Positions 1 to 9,520 are shown, counted from the stretch's first letter. The stretch: DNA of 64,000 bases from an uncultured Cytophagales bacterium (GCA_964251665.1 CAXUKO010000005.1:313285-377284), one strand, 5' to 3'. Program-made: numbers and translations. The notes: generated by a model from the letters alone, not told the origin.

Positions 1-278
1 AGGACTTTAGCTTCCTCAGCGCGTTTGCTATCCACGTCGCACACGGCCATAATCAGGGCGTTGTCGTACTGCCAGACGCCCGGCATATCGTGCGTGCGGG
101 AGATGCGGCCCGTGCCGATAGCACCAATGTTTATCCGGTTACTCGGTGCATTCTTGCCAAATACGGAAGCGGGTACAATCGTGGGGAAGCCACTGATAAC
201 GGCCGTCGAGATGGCTCCCTGTGCGGTCGTCTTCAGAAAGGTCCGTCTCGACAGGGCGCTGGCAGTTGATTTATCCAT
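1..278 (-). CDS. Gfo/Idh/MocA-family oxidoreductase with twin-arginine (Tat) signal; N-terminal fragment, gene runs off the window start
   Basis: Reverse-strand translation from ATG at 278-276 reads MDKSTASALSRRTFLKTTAQGAISTAVISGFPTIVPASVFGKNAPSNRINIGAIGTGRISRTHD... The SRRTFLK Tat motif is followed by the INIGAIGTGRIS Rossmann start typical of this family. It is absent from the supplied ORF track because it is open at the window edge. It displaces + ORF 25..318. Confidence 0.7.
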   Translation of the reverse strand, partial: MDKSTASALSRRTFLKTTAQGAISTAVISGFPTIVPASVFGKNAPSNRINIGAIGTGRISRTHDMPGVWQYDNALIMAVCDVDSKRAEEAKV

Positions 279-348
279 GATTCTGAGCGGTTTGGGTTTA
301 GATAAAGCTAAAAGTTGACGGGTGCTTAACCTTACTTACTCATCGGCC

Positions 349-2490
349 TCACCGGAGTAAATAGATGTCGACCTGTTGCTTGATCGCGTCCAGCGACCGC
401 GTCGGTTTCTGAAACGGAGCCGGTATGGGCTGCCGGGCGTACTCCTGCAGGTAGAGCACCCACGCGTCGCGCCACCAGATCGCTTCCCTGTGCTGCGTAA
501 CTAACCGGGCTGAAACGTCGGCGAAAAGGCCGGGATTAACCGCCGGTTTAACCTGCGCCCACTGCTGCTGCATCCACCTTACGGAGTCGGCTCCGGTATA
601 AAAGCGGGTGCATAGTTCATCCCAGAGCGTGCGGCCCGTAGTCAGTTTTTTCGTCCAGGGCACGTGATGAAACCAGAGCAGGTACGGTAACGGGCAGGTA
701 TCAGGGTTTTCCCAGCCCTGCCGAACGGCGGGTTGGTATTGAGCCAGCGCATTGCTGCCGGTCGCGGTTCGGTCGTAGCCCAGCCCCAGCGAATCGGCAC
801 GGTGGTAATAAACGGCCGTCCAGTCGGGGCGCTGACTTTTGTTCTGCCAGGGTTCGGGGGCGAAATGTACGCCTGACCAAGGCCGGGAAAGGCCCAGCGG
901 AGTGTTGTAGTCGACGTAAATCTCCCGCGACCGGAGCATAATATCGGTGATGCGTTTTACCGCCTGCGGCTCGTTCGTCAGTGTCATGTTTACCCATTCG
1001 GCAGCGATGGCCTCCGATGATAAAGTGTGATCCCAGGCCAGGCGGCCAAAGGCGTACCAGTTGGCCTGCGCCATCGGGTGCCCCGTCCAGTTACGGTCGG
1101 AGCCGGTGTTGGCAACGCCCGCCATGGCCGTGATGGTATAGCCGTGCAGGCTGCCGTCTATTACTTTAGCAACCGTAGACCCTTTCCCCTTCACGTAGGT
1201 ATCACTGTCCAGACACTCCTTGAACAGCGGGGCTTCGTACACCCAATGCGTGGCAAAGCCGAGGTATTCCTGCGTAATCTGAAACTCCACCGATACGGGT
1301 GTTTGGGGCATCGTACCGAAGATGGGCGAGAACGGTTCACGCGGCTGAAAGTCGATAGGGCCGTTTTTCACCTGCACAATTACCTTCTTATCAAACGTAC
1401 CGTCCAGCGCCCCGAACTCTTCAGAAGCCGCCTTGAAACGGTCGGCGCGTCCGTCGGCTTTGTATACAAAAGCGCGCCACATCACAACACCGTCGTAAGG
1501 TTTTAGGGCCTCAGCAAGCATGTTGGCCCCGTCGGCGTGCGAACGGCCGTAATCCTGCGGGCCGGGCTCGCCTTCTGAGTTCGCTTTAACCAGGAACCCG
1601 CCAAAGTCTGGAATGAGGGTATAAATCTCTCTGGCTTTATCGGCCCACCATTTTCTGACGTCCGGGTCGAGGGGGTCAGCCGTTTTTAACCCGCCTATTG
1701 TTTTGGGAGCCGGGAAATACACCGACAGGTATACCCGAATGCCGTAGGGACGGAATACGCTGGCCAGCGCGGCTACTTTTTCCAGGTACTCCGCCGTTAA
1801 GAACCGGGCGCTGGCATTAACGTTGTTGACGACTGTGCCGTTGATGCCCAGCGAGGCATTGGCCCGGGCATAATCGCGGTAGCGGGGATTGAGTCGGTCG
1901 GGCAGTTCGTACCATTTCCACAGCGACTCGCCCGCGTAGCCACGCTCAATGGTGCCGTTCGTATTGTCCCAGTGATTGAGCATCCGGTAGCGAACTTTCG
2001 GGTTGCTCGTTAGCGAAATACCCGTGATTGGCTGCCCGGTTTGCAACTGACGGAGCAGGGCAAATGCACCGTATAAGACACCAGCGTCGGTTTTGCCGGT
2101 GATCGTAATGGTGTTCGTACGGTTTGTCAGTTGGTAACCTTCATTGTTTAGTAACGGGGCATTTTTATCAATCGTCAGCACGATGCCACCGGTTCTATTG
2201 GCACCATTCGGTACAATGGGTATCGATTTTCCCAGCAAGCCCTGTAAGCCCATTTGCAATTCGTCGGCCGCTGATTTTAGCACGGGCGAACTTCCTGTAG
2301 CCGCGATAAACTGTACGGATCGGGCATACGCTACCCGTTTTCCAGCATCCCTGATGAGATCATATTTCAGCCAGAGCCGGTAGCCATCGTCATAGTCCGG
2401 CGGGCTGGCAAAGGCGTTGCCAACTTGCAGAATACTGATCAGGATGCATAGCCAGACCGGGCGCTGGCGGGCAAAAAAGTGGTGCGTCAT
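349..2490 (-). CDS. alpha-glucuronidase, glycoside hydrolase family 67 (secreted)
   Basis: 713-aa ORF with a signal peptide (..LQVGNAFA). Length and sequence blocks (YRLWLKY, RMLNHWDN, EFQITQEYLGF) fit GH67 as I recall it. Its ATG overlaps the uxuA stop (ATGA at 2487-2490), indicating co-translation. Confidence 0.88.
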   Translation of the reverse strand: MTHHFFARQRPVWLCILISILQVGNAFASPPDYDDGYRLWLKYDLIRDAGKRVAYARSVQFIAATGSSPVLKSAADELQMGLQGLLGKSIPIVPNGANRTGGIVLTIDKNAPLLNNEGYQLTNRTNTITITGKTDAGVLYGAFALLRQLQTGQPITGISLTSNPKVRYRMLNHWDNTNGTIERGYAGESLWKWYELPDRLNPRYRDYARANASLGINGTVVNNVNASARFLTAEYLEKVAALASVFRPYGIRVYLSVYFPAPKTIGGLKTADPLDPDVRKWWADKAREIYTLIPDFGGFLVKANSEGEPGPQDYGRSHADGANMLAEALKPYDGVVMWRAFVYKADGRADRFKAASEEFGALDGTFDKKVIVQVKNGPIDFQPREPFSPIFGTMPQTPVSVEFQITQEYLGFATHWVYEAPLFKECLDSDTYVKGKGSTVAKVIDGSLHGYTITAMAGVANTGSDRNWTGHPMAQANWYAFGRLAWDHTLSSEAIAAEWVNMTLTNEPQAVKRITDIMLRSREIYVDYNTPLGLSRPWSGVHFAPEPWQNKSQRPDWTAVYYHRADSLGLGYDRTATGSNALAQYQPAVRQGWENPDTCPLPYLLWFHHVPWTKKLTTGRTLWDELCTRFYTGADSVRWMQQQWAQVKPAVNPGLFADVSARLVTQHREAIWWRDAWVLYLQEYARQPIPAPFQKPTRSLDAIKQQVDIYLLR

Positions 2491-3755
2491 TGTGAGTTGG
2501 TTTGCAGTTCCTGACCAACCGGGTCGGCATTCCGGTCAGCGGCTGCTGGAAGCAGCGACCGTTCAATTCCCATTTCAAGGCCCCGTAGTTCGGCCAGGCC
2601 GCGCAGTCGTCCGATGGCCGAATAACCGGGGTACATTCGCTTACCCGAACGTAGATCGTCGAGCATCTGATGGCCGTGGTCGGGGCGCATGGGAATAGCC
2701 GTTGTGCCAGTTCCAGCCTCCGCACGTCGTTGCTGCTCCAGCACGATGGCTGTCACGACGGCGTACATATCTACGTCGCCCGCCAGGTGGTCGGCTTCGT
2801 GAAAATTGCGGGGATTGGCTTCCCGTTTTGTAGTGCGCAGGTGAATAAAATGAATCCTGGACCCGAACCGCTGAATCATGCCGGGCAGGTCATTGTCGGG
2901 ACGGATACCCAGCGAGCCGGTGCAGAAGGTGATGCCATTGGCCGTTACATCGCAGGCCGCCATGAGCTGCACCAGATCCGCTTCGGTGCTTACCACGCGG
3001 GGAAGCCCTAACAACGGAAACGGCGGGTCGTCGGGGTGAATGCAGAGATTGATCCCCACTGACTCAGCGACCGGAGCCACCTCGCGTACGAAGTAGTACA
3101 AATTCTCGCGAAGGGTTTTGTCATCGATGGCCGCGTATTCGTCCAATAACCCCTGAAACGTTGCCAGCGAAAATGCTTCTTCTGAACCGGGTAGCCCCAA
3201 CAGTGCCGTGTTTTGCAGGTCAGCGATTGCTTCGGACGTCATGCGGCCGAACTGTCTACGGGCCGAGTCAACCAGATCGGGCGCGTAGTCGGCTTCGGCG
3301 CCGGGGCGTTTGAGGATGCACAGGTCGAAAATGGCAAAGTCCTCCCACACAAACCGTAACGCCCGCGAGCCGTCCGGCATTTCGTAATTCAGGTTCGTTC
3401 GCGACCAGTCGAGGACCGGCATGAAATTGTAGCAAACCGTTGTTATTCCACAAGCCGCCAGATGGCGTAATGACGCTTTGTAGTTTTCGATATAGCTGGT
3501 GCGCGTCGGCCGCCCTTTTTTAATGTCTTCGTGAACAGGTAAACTCTCGACTACGGCCCAGTGCAGGGGCGAGTAGTGCGCGTTAGCCGCTTCGACCAGG
3601 CGTATCCGTTCGGTAATGGCATCCATTGACCAGACGGCACCAACCGGAATCTGATGGAGTGCGGTCACCACACCCGTGCAGCCCGCCTGCCGGATATCCA
3701 TCAATGAAACCGGGTCGCCGGGTCCAAACCAGCGCATCGTTTGTAGCATTCCCAT
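2487..3755 (-). CDS. uxuA: mannonate dehydratase
   Basis: Aligns end to end with E. coli UxuA from memory (MRWFGPGDPVSL, CYNFMPVLDWSRT, HPDDPPFPLLGLPR, RPDHGHQMLDDL, PGYSAIGRL). The start could be the ATG at 3749 rather than 3755. Confidence 0.93.
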   Translation of the reverse strand: MGMLQTMRWFGPGDPVSLMDIRQAGCTGVVTALHQIPVGAVWSMDAITERIRLVEAANAHYSPLHWAVVESLPVHEDIKKGRPTRTSYIENYKASLRHLAACGITTVCYNFMPVLDWSRTNLNYEMPDGSRALRFVWEDFAIFDLCILKRPGAEADYAPDLVDSARRQFGRMTSEAIADLQNTALLGLPGSEEAFSLATFQGLLDEYAAIDDKTLRENLYYFVREVAPVAESVGINLCIHPDDPPFPLLGLPRVVSTEADLVQLMAACDVTANGITFCTGSLGIRPDNDLPGMIQRFGSRIHFIHLRTTKREANPRNFHEADHLAGDVDMYAVVTAIVLEQQRRAEAGTGTTAIPMRPDHGHQMLDDLRSGKRMYPGYSAIGRLRGLAELRGLEMGIERSLLPAAADRNADPVGQELQTNSQ

Positions 3756-3760
3756 TTAGT

Positions 3761-5212
3761 TTACCGGGTAGTGGTTGGGGCTGTTTTTTTAAGATAGTGA
3801 TCGGCCCATTGCAGAAAAACTGGCCAGTCGGGGGCATCGGTATGGCCGCCTTCGTGGTCACGGAACGCCAGGTCACCGGCGATCAGCGAAACATCCGGCG
3901 CGGGCATCTCCGTCGTTCCCACGCCCTTTTTGCCGACTAGCGCGTACACCGGACTGGCAGCTACGCAGGCCAGAAACTCCCCTTTGGGGTCCGCCCAACT
4001 GTCTTTGGTTCCGCCGGTGATGAACAGTGGACGCGGGGCAACAAGCGCCATTAGCTCATGTGCATCAACGGGCATGGCCTCCCACTGCCCGCCGTACTTT
4101 ATGAAATTGGGAGCCATCCAATGATATTCACCTGAACCGGCAACATTGTCAATGGTCTCGCCGTAATTACGCTTTTCCAGCGAAGCCCCCATCGAACCCG
4201 AACAACTGGCAAAAACAAAGGCCCAGCGCTGGTCTAATGCCCCGGCCAGCATAGCGGTCTTACCCCAGCGCGAATGGCCCTGAATACCAATCTGCTTCGG
4301 ATTAATGGCGTTATCCGTTTCCAGATAATCAAGTGCCCGACTTAATCCCCAACTCCAGGCCGCCAGAACGCCCCAATCTGTTGGCTTGCGGTCTTTTCCT
4401 TCGTTTACCAGGCCAATGATGCCTTCGTGCAGACCGGCCCCGCTGTCCATCTGAATCGTGCCGGTATTCACGAGCGCCACGGCCCAGCCCGCTTCGGTCA
4501 GCAGTTTTATGGTGGGTATCGGTGCCGGAAACGCTCCCCAGACAATGACCATTACGGGTAGTTTTCCTTTAGCAGTTGCCGGCGTGTACAGTGTCATATC
4601 AATACCAGGCTTCGCTGCGGGATAGCGACTGTTATCAATCCGCCCAACAATGGTCTTCTTGTTGGCTTTTCCGCCAAGCGTCGTGTCGGTTCCGGTCACC
4701 GAAAAGACTACACTGGGTGTGTTTTTAGGGATTGTGCCGTATATCTCTGTGGTGAAGTCATTCAGGATTTCCGGACGACGCTGTTTCCACCAGACAGTGG
4801 CACTCGTTACAGGCTGGCCATTTTTCAGCACCAGCGGATTGGGTAGTGTGTAGCCACCGGCTTTATTTTCGTCGTAGTTGGTCCAGTTGCCCCAGCCCGA
4901 CCGGACGTGCGTTTGTCCGGTCACATCGAACCAGTTATTCGACCCCTCTTTCGGCTTGAGTTGCGATGGCCGGTTGGGGTCGTCGGCGGGATTAGGCAGG
5001 GTCGGCTCCTTCAGGTGCAGCATTGTCATCATCTTCTGCCAGTCGGCCTGACTGGCTTCCCGCATTTTAGTCATGTAGGCCGTGCGCTCTTCCGGCGTCA
5101 TCTTCTGAAAATCCGGTGACTGAGCCAGCACAGCCTCGCTGATCAGAACGAAGCCGACCAGAAAACCGAACAGGTGCCGACCAGGGAAGCGAAAGCGGGT
5201 AAGTAGGTTCAT
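3761..5212 (-). CDS. carbohydrate esterase family 15-like (glucuronoyl esterase) alpha/beta hydrolase, secreted
   Basis: 483 aa with a signal peptide. It has a GHSRWGKTA nucleophile elbow (G-x-S-R-x-G, as in CE15). It lies 5 nt upstream of uxuA on the same strand, next to the GH67 gene. Confidence 0.62.
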   Translation of the reverse strand: MNLLTRFRFPGRHLFGFLVGFVLISEAVLAQSPDFQKMTPEERTAYMTKMREASQADWQKMMTMLHLKEPTLPNPADDPNRPSQLKPKEGSNNWFDVTGQTHVRSGWGNWTNYDENKAGGYTLPNPLVLKNGQPVTSATVWWKQRRPEILNDFTTEIYGTIPKNTPSVVFSVTGTDTTLGGKANKKTIVGRIDNSRYPAAKPGIDMTLYTPATAKGKLPVMVIVWGAFPAPIPTIKLLTEAGWAVALVNTGTIQMDSGAGLHEGIIGLVNEGKDRKPTDWGVLAAWSWGLSRALDYLETDNAINPKQIGIQGHSRWGKTAMLAGALDQRWAFVFASCSGSMGASLEKRNYGETIDNVAGSGEYHWMAPNFIKYGGQWEAMPVDAHELMALVAPRPLFITGGTKDSWADPKGEFLACVAASPVYALVGKKGVGTTEMPAPDVSLIAGDLAFRDHEGGHTDAPDWPVFLQWADHYLKKTAPTTTR

Positions 5213-5274
5213 ACAATGTAAACCAGCGAATCGGCCTTACTTACTCATTTGGCGGGCTTCCCGGGAGTTAAACC

Positions 5275-5309
5275 ATAAAAAAAGGCTGCCCGGTTGGGAA
5301 GCCTTTTTT
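5275..5309 (-). terminator. rho-independent terminator (A-run / imperfect hairpin / T-run, usable in both directions)
   Basis: The sequence ataaaaaaaggctgcccggttgggaagcctttttt lies directly downstream of the minus-strand gene ending at 5332. Confidence 0.55.
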
Positions 5310-5331
5310 GGTCTGAAAAGACGTACATCGC

Positions 5332-7374
5332 TTAGTTTTTCGTCAGTACGCTATCGGGCAGGAATTTCACATCGATACCCGTTTGCTTCTTCAGGTTAGC
5401 CCAGTTGTTGCGGCCATCAGCATAGGCGGGGTTCACCACCATCGACCGATTGTAGTAATATGACGCCAACGGGTATTTGCCTTCGTTCTGGTAAATCACG
5501 CCCAGGTTATTGTAGGCCGGAGCATAGGCATTAGCGGCCCGGATGGTCTGTTTGTAGTAGTAAACGGCCGAATCTCGGTTCGGCGTGATGCGCTGAAACA
5601 CGTAGGCCATCGAGAAATACGACTCCCCGAAGTTGGGATAAATCCGGCACGACTCCTGCAGGTGATCCAGTGCCCAGCGGGCGTATTTACTCGTCGCCTT
5701 GTTTAGGGTATCAATCGCAATCTGAGCCGCTTTCACCGAATCCGGCTTCGCCATAAACTTCGGATTGGTCAGCTTGCGGCCAAGGGTGTCCATCAGCGAT
5801 TTGGTTTTCAGTCCTTTCTCAATCCACTCATTGGCCACGTGTCGCTGTACCTGACAACTCGTAGCCGCAGCGGGCAGTGCCGAGTTAAACAAGGTGAAAT
5901 TATCTTTCCAGTCGGGATTGCGGGTAACGGTTTTGAATGAGTACAAACCAGCCACCACGGCCATCAGGGCCAGCAACGGTGCGTACCGGGCCAGCATGGG
6001 GCGGGGTGCAGCAGCCGAATCAGCCACGGGAGCGCTGTTGGCCAGCGCATCGGCTTTCACCAGAAAATGCTGAGCCGCCCAAACCAGAATGAACGAATAC
6101 CCAAATACGGCGGCATAAGCAAACCGTTCTGCAAAAATGCCCCCCCGCGACAGAATGAAGCCCAGACCCGGTATCATGGTCACGAAAAACCAGACCAGCC
6201 CGAACCCCCATAACGTCCGTTTGATGATTCCTTTTACCATCAGCCACAGCAGGCCGATCATGCCAAGGAATCCCACCCAGGTCATCAGATCGCCTTTGCC
6301 CCCCGACGGGATTACATTATACGAGTAGTCATAGACCAACGGATGCGGTACAACCAGCAGCCGGATGTAGTACACGAAAAACTTAAACATCGTGGACGTT
6401 TTCGTATTCAGAATGGCATATGGATAGTTAGCCCAGTCGACCGGAGGAGTACCGCTCAGGGTACCGATCATCTTTTGTTTCTGATAAAAAAACAGAGCCG
6501 CCACAATCAGGAACGGCCACACGCTGAGGGCCGACTGCCAAACGTTACGCCGGGCAAAAAAGTAGGTCATGGCCGGGATCAGAGCTAGGCTCACCACCGA
6601 CGATTCTTTGGACATGAAAGCCAGGTACAGTGACAGACCGGCTGCTACCGTCCAGCCCGGCTTGCCCGTTTCCAGATACCGCCAGTATGCCAGCAGCATC
6701 GTGGCAATGAACAGAAAACTAAGCAGTTCGTCACGCCCTTTGATGTTAGCGACAATTTCGGTGTGGATTGGGTGGGCGATAAACAGCAGCCCGATCAAAA
6801 ATGCCGTGATGGTTTGACCCGACAGCCACTTTTGCAGCAGTACGCCAATAACCAGCCCGGTAAGGCCGTAAAGCCCGGCATTGATCATGTGGCTGATGCC
6901 GGGATTGTCTTTAAAATACTCCTGTTCAATGGCAAACGTAATGAGCGACAGGGGCCGGTAGTAACCGAGTGAGATGTTGCTGAAGTGCCAGAACTCAGTT
7001 CGCATCAGGTCGGGAATTCCCTTCAGGCCCTGCTTCACGAACAGGTTTTGGCCAATGGCGGCAATATCGTCGAGTGCGTATTTATGACCGAACGTATTGG
7101 CGTAGAGTGCCACGGCTACCAACGCCAGCACGAGGGGTGGCCACCACGTTACGGGTCGGCGTTCGATGGGAAGCGTAACGTCAGCGGAGGCAGACGAAGC
7201 CACCGGACGCGCTGGTATGGATGCAGGCCGGGTTGCAGACGCAGTCGGCCGGATGGCCACCGGAGACACGGGAGCTGCAACGCGTTCGGGTGTTCGGGAT
7301 ACGGTAGGTTTCGGCCCGACTGGCCGGGGAGCCGGCCGTTCGGGCTGTTTTTTCTTCGCCATGAGGACGTTCAA
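5332..7374 (-). CDS. TMTC-like GT-C fold membrane glycosyltransferase homologue with C-terminal TPR repeats
   Basis: 680 aa. It has a Pro/Ala/Arg-rich N-terminal ~75 aa, about 10 hydrophobic helices, the motif HPIHTEIVANIKGRDELL (DUF1736/TMTC-type signature as I recall it), and C-terminal TPR-like repeats (AYAPAYNNLGVIYQNEGKYPLASYYYNRSMVVNPAYADG). Confidence 0.65.
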   Translation of the reverse strand: MNVLMAKKKQPERPAPRPVGPKPTVSRTPERVAAPVSPVAIRPTASATRPASIPARPVASSASADVTLPIERRPVTWWPPLVLALVAVALYANTFGHKYALDDIAAIGQNLFVKQGLKGIPDLMRTEFWHFSNISLGYYRPLSLITFAIEQEYFKDNPGISHMINAGLYGLTGLVIGVLLQKWLSGQTITAFLIGLLFIAHPIHTEIVANIKGRDELLSFLFIATMLLAYWRYLETGKPGWTVAAGLSLYLAFMSKESSVVSLALIPAMTYFFARRNVWQSALSVWPFLIVAALFFYQKQKMIGTLSGTPPVDWANYPYAILNTKTSTMFKFFVYYIRLLVVPHPLVYDYSYNVIPSGGKGDLMTWVGFLGMIGLLWLMVKGIIKRTLWGFGLVWFFVTMIPGLGFILSRGGIFAERFAYAAVFGYSFILVWAAQHFLVKADALANSAPVADSAAAPRPMLARYAPLLALMAVVAGLYSFKTVTRNPDWKDNFTLFNSALPAAATSCQVQRHVANEWIEKGLKTKSLMDTLGRKLTNPKFMAKPDSVKAAQIAIDTLNKATSKYARWALDHLQESCRIYPNFGESYFSMAYVFQRITPNRDSAVYYYKQTIRAANAYAPAYNNLGVIYQNEGKYPLASYYYNRSMVVNPAYADGRNNWANLKKQTGIDVKFLPDSVLTKN

Positions 7375-7457
7375 CTATGGGTTAATTAGGGCAACTTTAA
7401 CTTTATAATGCAATTGGGCACCTTTGACCCGTTAAATCTCTGTAAAGTTCAAAAAGG

Positions 7458-8366
7458 ATGCAGACAAAATCAATCAACGTACCAACTCATTTCAAAACCG
7501 TTGTGTCGGTTCTGATCATGGCTGGCCTGCTGTCCGGTTGCCTCAGAACGGCACCTCGCCCGGTATCGCCTACCGCTCCTGCTCAGCCACCCACGTCTAC
7601 CGCGCCGGGACAGGCCACCCGCGACGATAATCTGGGTATGGGTAATCCCAGTAACGCTTCCAGCACCGACCCCAACAACTTCCTGCTTCAGAAGTCGACG
7701 TACACGCTGTCGTACAGCCGCGACCGGGGCATTGCCAACTGGGTAAGCTGGCACCTCAGCACGGCCTGGAAAGGGGATGCCAAACGAAGCAACAACTTCC
7801 GGCCCGACCCTACCCTGCCGTTTACGTGGTTTGCCGCTAAAACGAGCGACTACACCAATACCGGCTTCGACCGGGGCCATCTCTGCCCATCGGACGACCG
7901 TGACGGAACCGACGACGAGAATAACTCCACGTTTTTACTAACCAACATCGTGCCACAAGCCCCGCGCCACAACCGCGAGGTCTGGAAAAATCTGGAGGAT
8001 TATGCCCGACAGCTTGTCTCGGCTGGTAACGAGGTGTACATCATTGCCGGAGTGAATGGCGTGGGTGGCACCGGTGCCAATGGAACAGCCACGAGCATTG
8101 CCAATGGAAAAATTACGGTACCGGCCTCCCTCTGGAAGATTTTAGTGGTGTTGCCCGTCGGCGAGGATGACCTGAACCGGGTTTCGGTGAACACCCGCGT
8201 GATTGCCGTCAACATTCCGAATATACAAACGGCTGCCGATAAACCCTGGCGGTTTTATCTGGTCAGTGTCAATGATTTGCAGAAACTGACCGGCTACGAC
8301 TTTTTGTCCAATCTACCCCGCGATGTGCAGCAGGTACTGGAAAGCCGGATCGACACTAATTCTTAA
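7458..8366 (+). CDS. DNA/RNA non-specific endonuclease (NucA/Serratia nuclease family), lipoprotein
   Basis: Lipobox LLSGC, Pro-rich linker, and the [11 protein letters not shown] active-site block (DRGH motif). Confidence 0.85.
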   Translation: MQTKSINVPTHFKTVVSVLIMAGLLSGCLRTAPRPVSPTAPAQPPTSTAPGQATRDDNLGMGNPSNASSTDPNNFLLQKSTYTLSYSRDRGIANWVSWHLSTAWKGDAKRSNNFRPDPTLPFTWFAAKTSDYTNTGFDRGHLCPSDDRDGTDDENNSTFLLTNIVPQAPRHNREVWKNLEDYARQLVSAGNEVYIIAGVNGVGGTGANGTATSIANGKITVPASLWKILVVLPVGEDDLNRVSVNTRVIAVNIPNIQTAADKPWRFYLVSVNDLQKLTGYDFLSNLPRDVQQVLESRIDTNS

Positions 8367-8379
8367 CCCACTCGTCTCT

Positions 8380-8766
8380 ATGCTAAGTCAATCCCTGCTG
8401 GGGTTGCGTACTGTCATCTACGCAGCCCCCGAGCTAACCCGAACTAAAGATTGGTACACCCGTGCGCTGGGCGTTGCGCCGTACTTCGATGAGCCATTTT
8501 ACGTTGGTTTCAATGTAGGTGGCTACGAAGTAGGCCTCGACCCTAATCTGACACCTGCCGATGGCAGCACCGTTACCTACTGGGGCGTTGCCGACATAGC
8601 AGTAGCCCATGACCATTTTCTGGCCTTGGGCGCAACGGAACATTCGCCCATTGCCGATGTTGGCGACGGTATTCGGGTGGCCGTTATGTATGATCCGTTT
8701 GGCAATACGCTGGGCCTGATTGAAAACCCGCATTTTAACATCCCGGATAGTGCCCCAAATCTCTGA
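8380..8766 (+). CDS. VOC (glyoxalase/bleomycin-resistance/dioxygenase) family protein
   Basis: I moved the start to ATG 8380, 14 nt after the nuclease stop, because the track start at 8323 overlaps the nuclease. The ~128-aa protein has the VOC-like pattern (...YFDEPFYVGFNVGGYEVGLDP... VMYDPFGNTLGLIE). Confidence 0.7.
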   Translation: MLSQSLLGLRTVIYAAPELTRTKDWYTRALGVAPYFDEPFYVGFNVGGYEVGLDPNLTPADGSTVTYWGVADIAVAHDHFLALGATEHSPIADVGDGIRVAVMYDPFGNTLGLIENPHFNIPDSAPNL

Positions 8767-8783
8767 TCTGGTTTGGCCTTAAA

Positions 8784-8817
8784 CGCCAAAAGCCGACCAC
8801 TTGGTCGGCTTTTGGCG
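8784..8817. terminator. bidirectional hairpin terminator between convergent genes
   Basis: cgccaaaagccgacc-actt-ggtcggcttttggcg has a 15-bp stem with A/T runs inside the arms. It sits between the VOC gene (+) and the BON-LysM gene (-). Confidence 0.7.
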
Positions 8818-8833
8818 TAAAAACGAGTGCGGC

Positions 8834-9298
8834 TTACAACTGCGGAATACGCAGAATCTGGCCGGGATAAATCTTGTCAGGGTCGCTCAGCATCGGCTTA
8901 TTAGCCTCGAAGATGACACCGTATTTCATAGGATCGCCGTATACATCCTTCGCAATCTTGGACAGTGTATCGCCCGACTTCACTTCGTGATACTTGGCTT
9001 CGGGCGTAGGATTCGCTACGACTAATTGATTATCAACCGCCTGTACACCTTCTACATTACCCACTGCTAGGGCAATTTTCTCGGCTTCTTCCTGCGTGTT
9101 TACTTCACCAGTGATCGTGACGGTATCACCATTCGTTTTAACAGTCAGTTTGTTGAACGTCAGGCCCAGTTTTTGAACGTGCTGCAGCAAGGCGCTGGCT
9201 TTGAGTGGCTCGTCGGCAGCCGGGGTAGCAGCCGCAGTTGGGGCATCGTGATTGAAAATCTTTTCGCCTACACCCTTGAAGAAGTTTAACAGACCCAT
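8834..9298 (-). CDS. BON + LysM domain protein (Kbp/YgaU-like)
   Basis: BON-like segment (LTVKTNGDTVTITGEV..AEKIALAVGNVEGVQAVDNQL) followed by a C-terminal LysM (YHEVKSGDTLSKIAKDVYGDPMKYGVIFEANKPMLSDPDKIYPGQILRIP). Confidence 0.8.
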   Translation of the reverse strand: MGLLNFFKGVGEKIFNHDAPTAAATPAADEPLKASALLQHVQKLGLTFNKLTVKTNGDTVTITGEVNTQEEAEKIALAVGNVEGVQAVDNQLVVANPTPEAKYHEVKSGDTLSKIAKDVYGDPMKYGVIFEANKPMLSDPDKIYPGQILRIPQL

Positions 9299-9459
9299 TG
9301 GTTCTAAGTGGTTTAAGTTGACTAAATGGTTGGTTAACGGGCCTGAAATTACAGAATCCCTTGATTATCCAACCCGGTTCATTGGCCTTTGTTCAAAGAT
9401 CACGGGTAAAGACGTTACCTATAATCACTTTTAAATGTGGTCATAAGCGTCAAAAACCT

Positions 9460-9467
9460 TATTTTTG
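9460..9467 (+). promoter_or_regulatory. candidate Bacteroidota -7 promoter box (TATTTTTG)
   Basis: Matches the TAnnTTTG consensus and lies 54 nt upstream of the ATG at 9521 in an AT-rich spacer. Confidence 0.35.
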
Positions 9468-9520
9468 CGTTATTTCATTACAATTTTTTCCATTTTTTTT
9501 CATAATCAATAGCCTATAGT

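Noticed and set aside
25-318. 97-aa + strand ORF from the supplied track
   Set aside because: The opposite strand gives a much more convincing product: a Tat signal SRRTFLK followed by a Gfo/Idh/MocA Rossmann N-terminus, starting at 278. The + ORF has no recognisable features.
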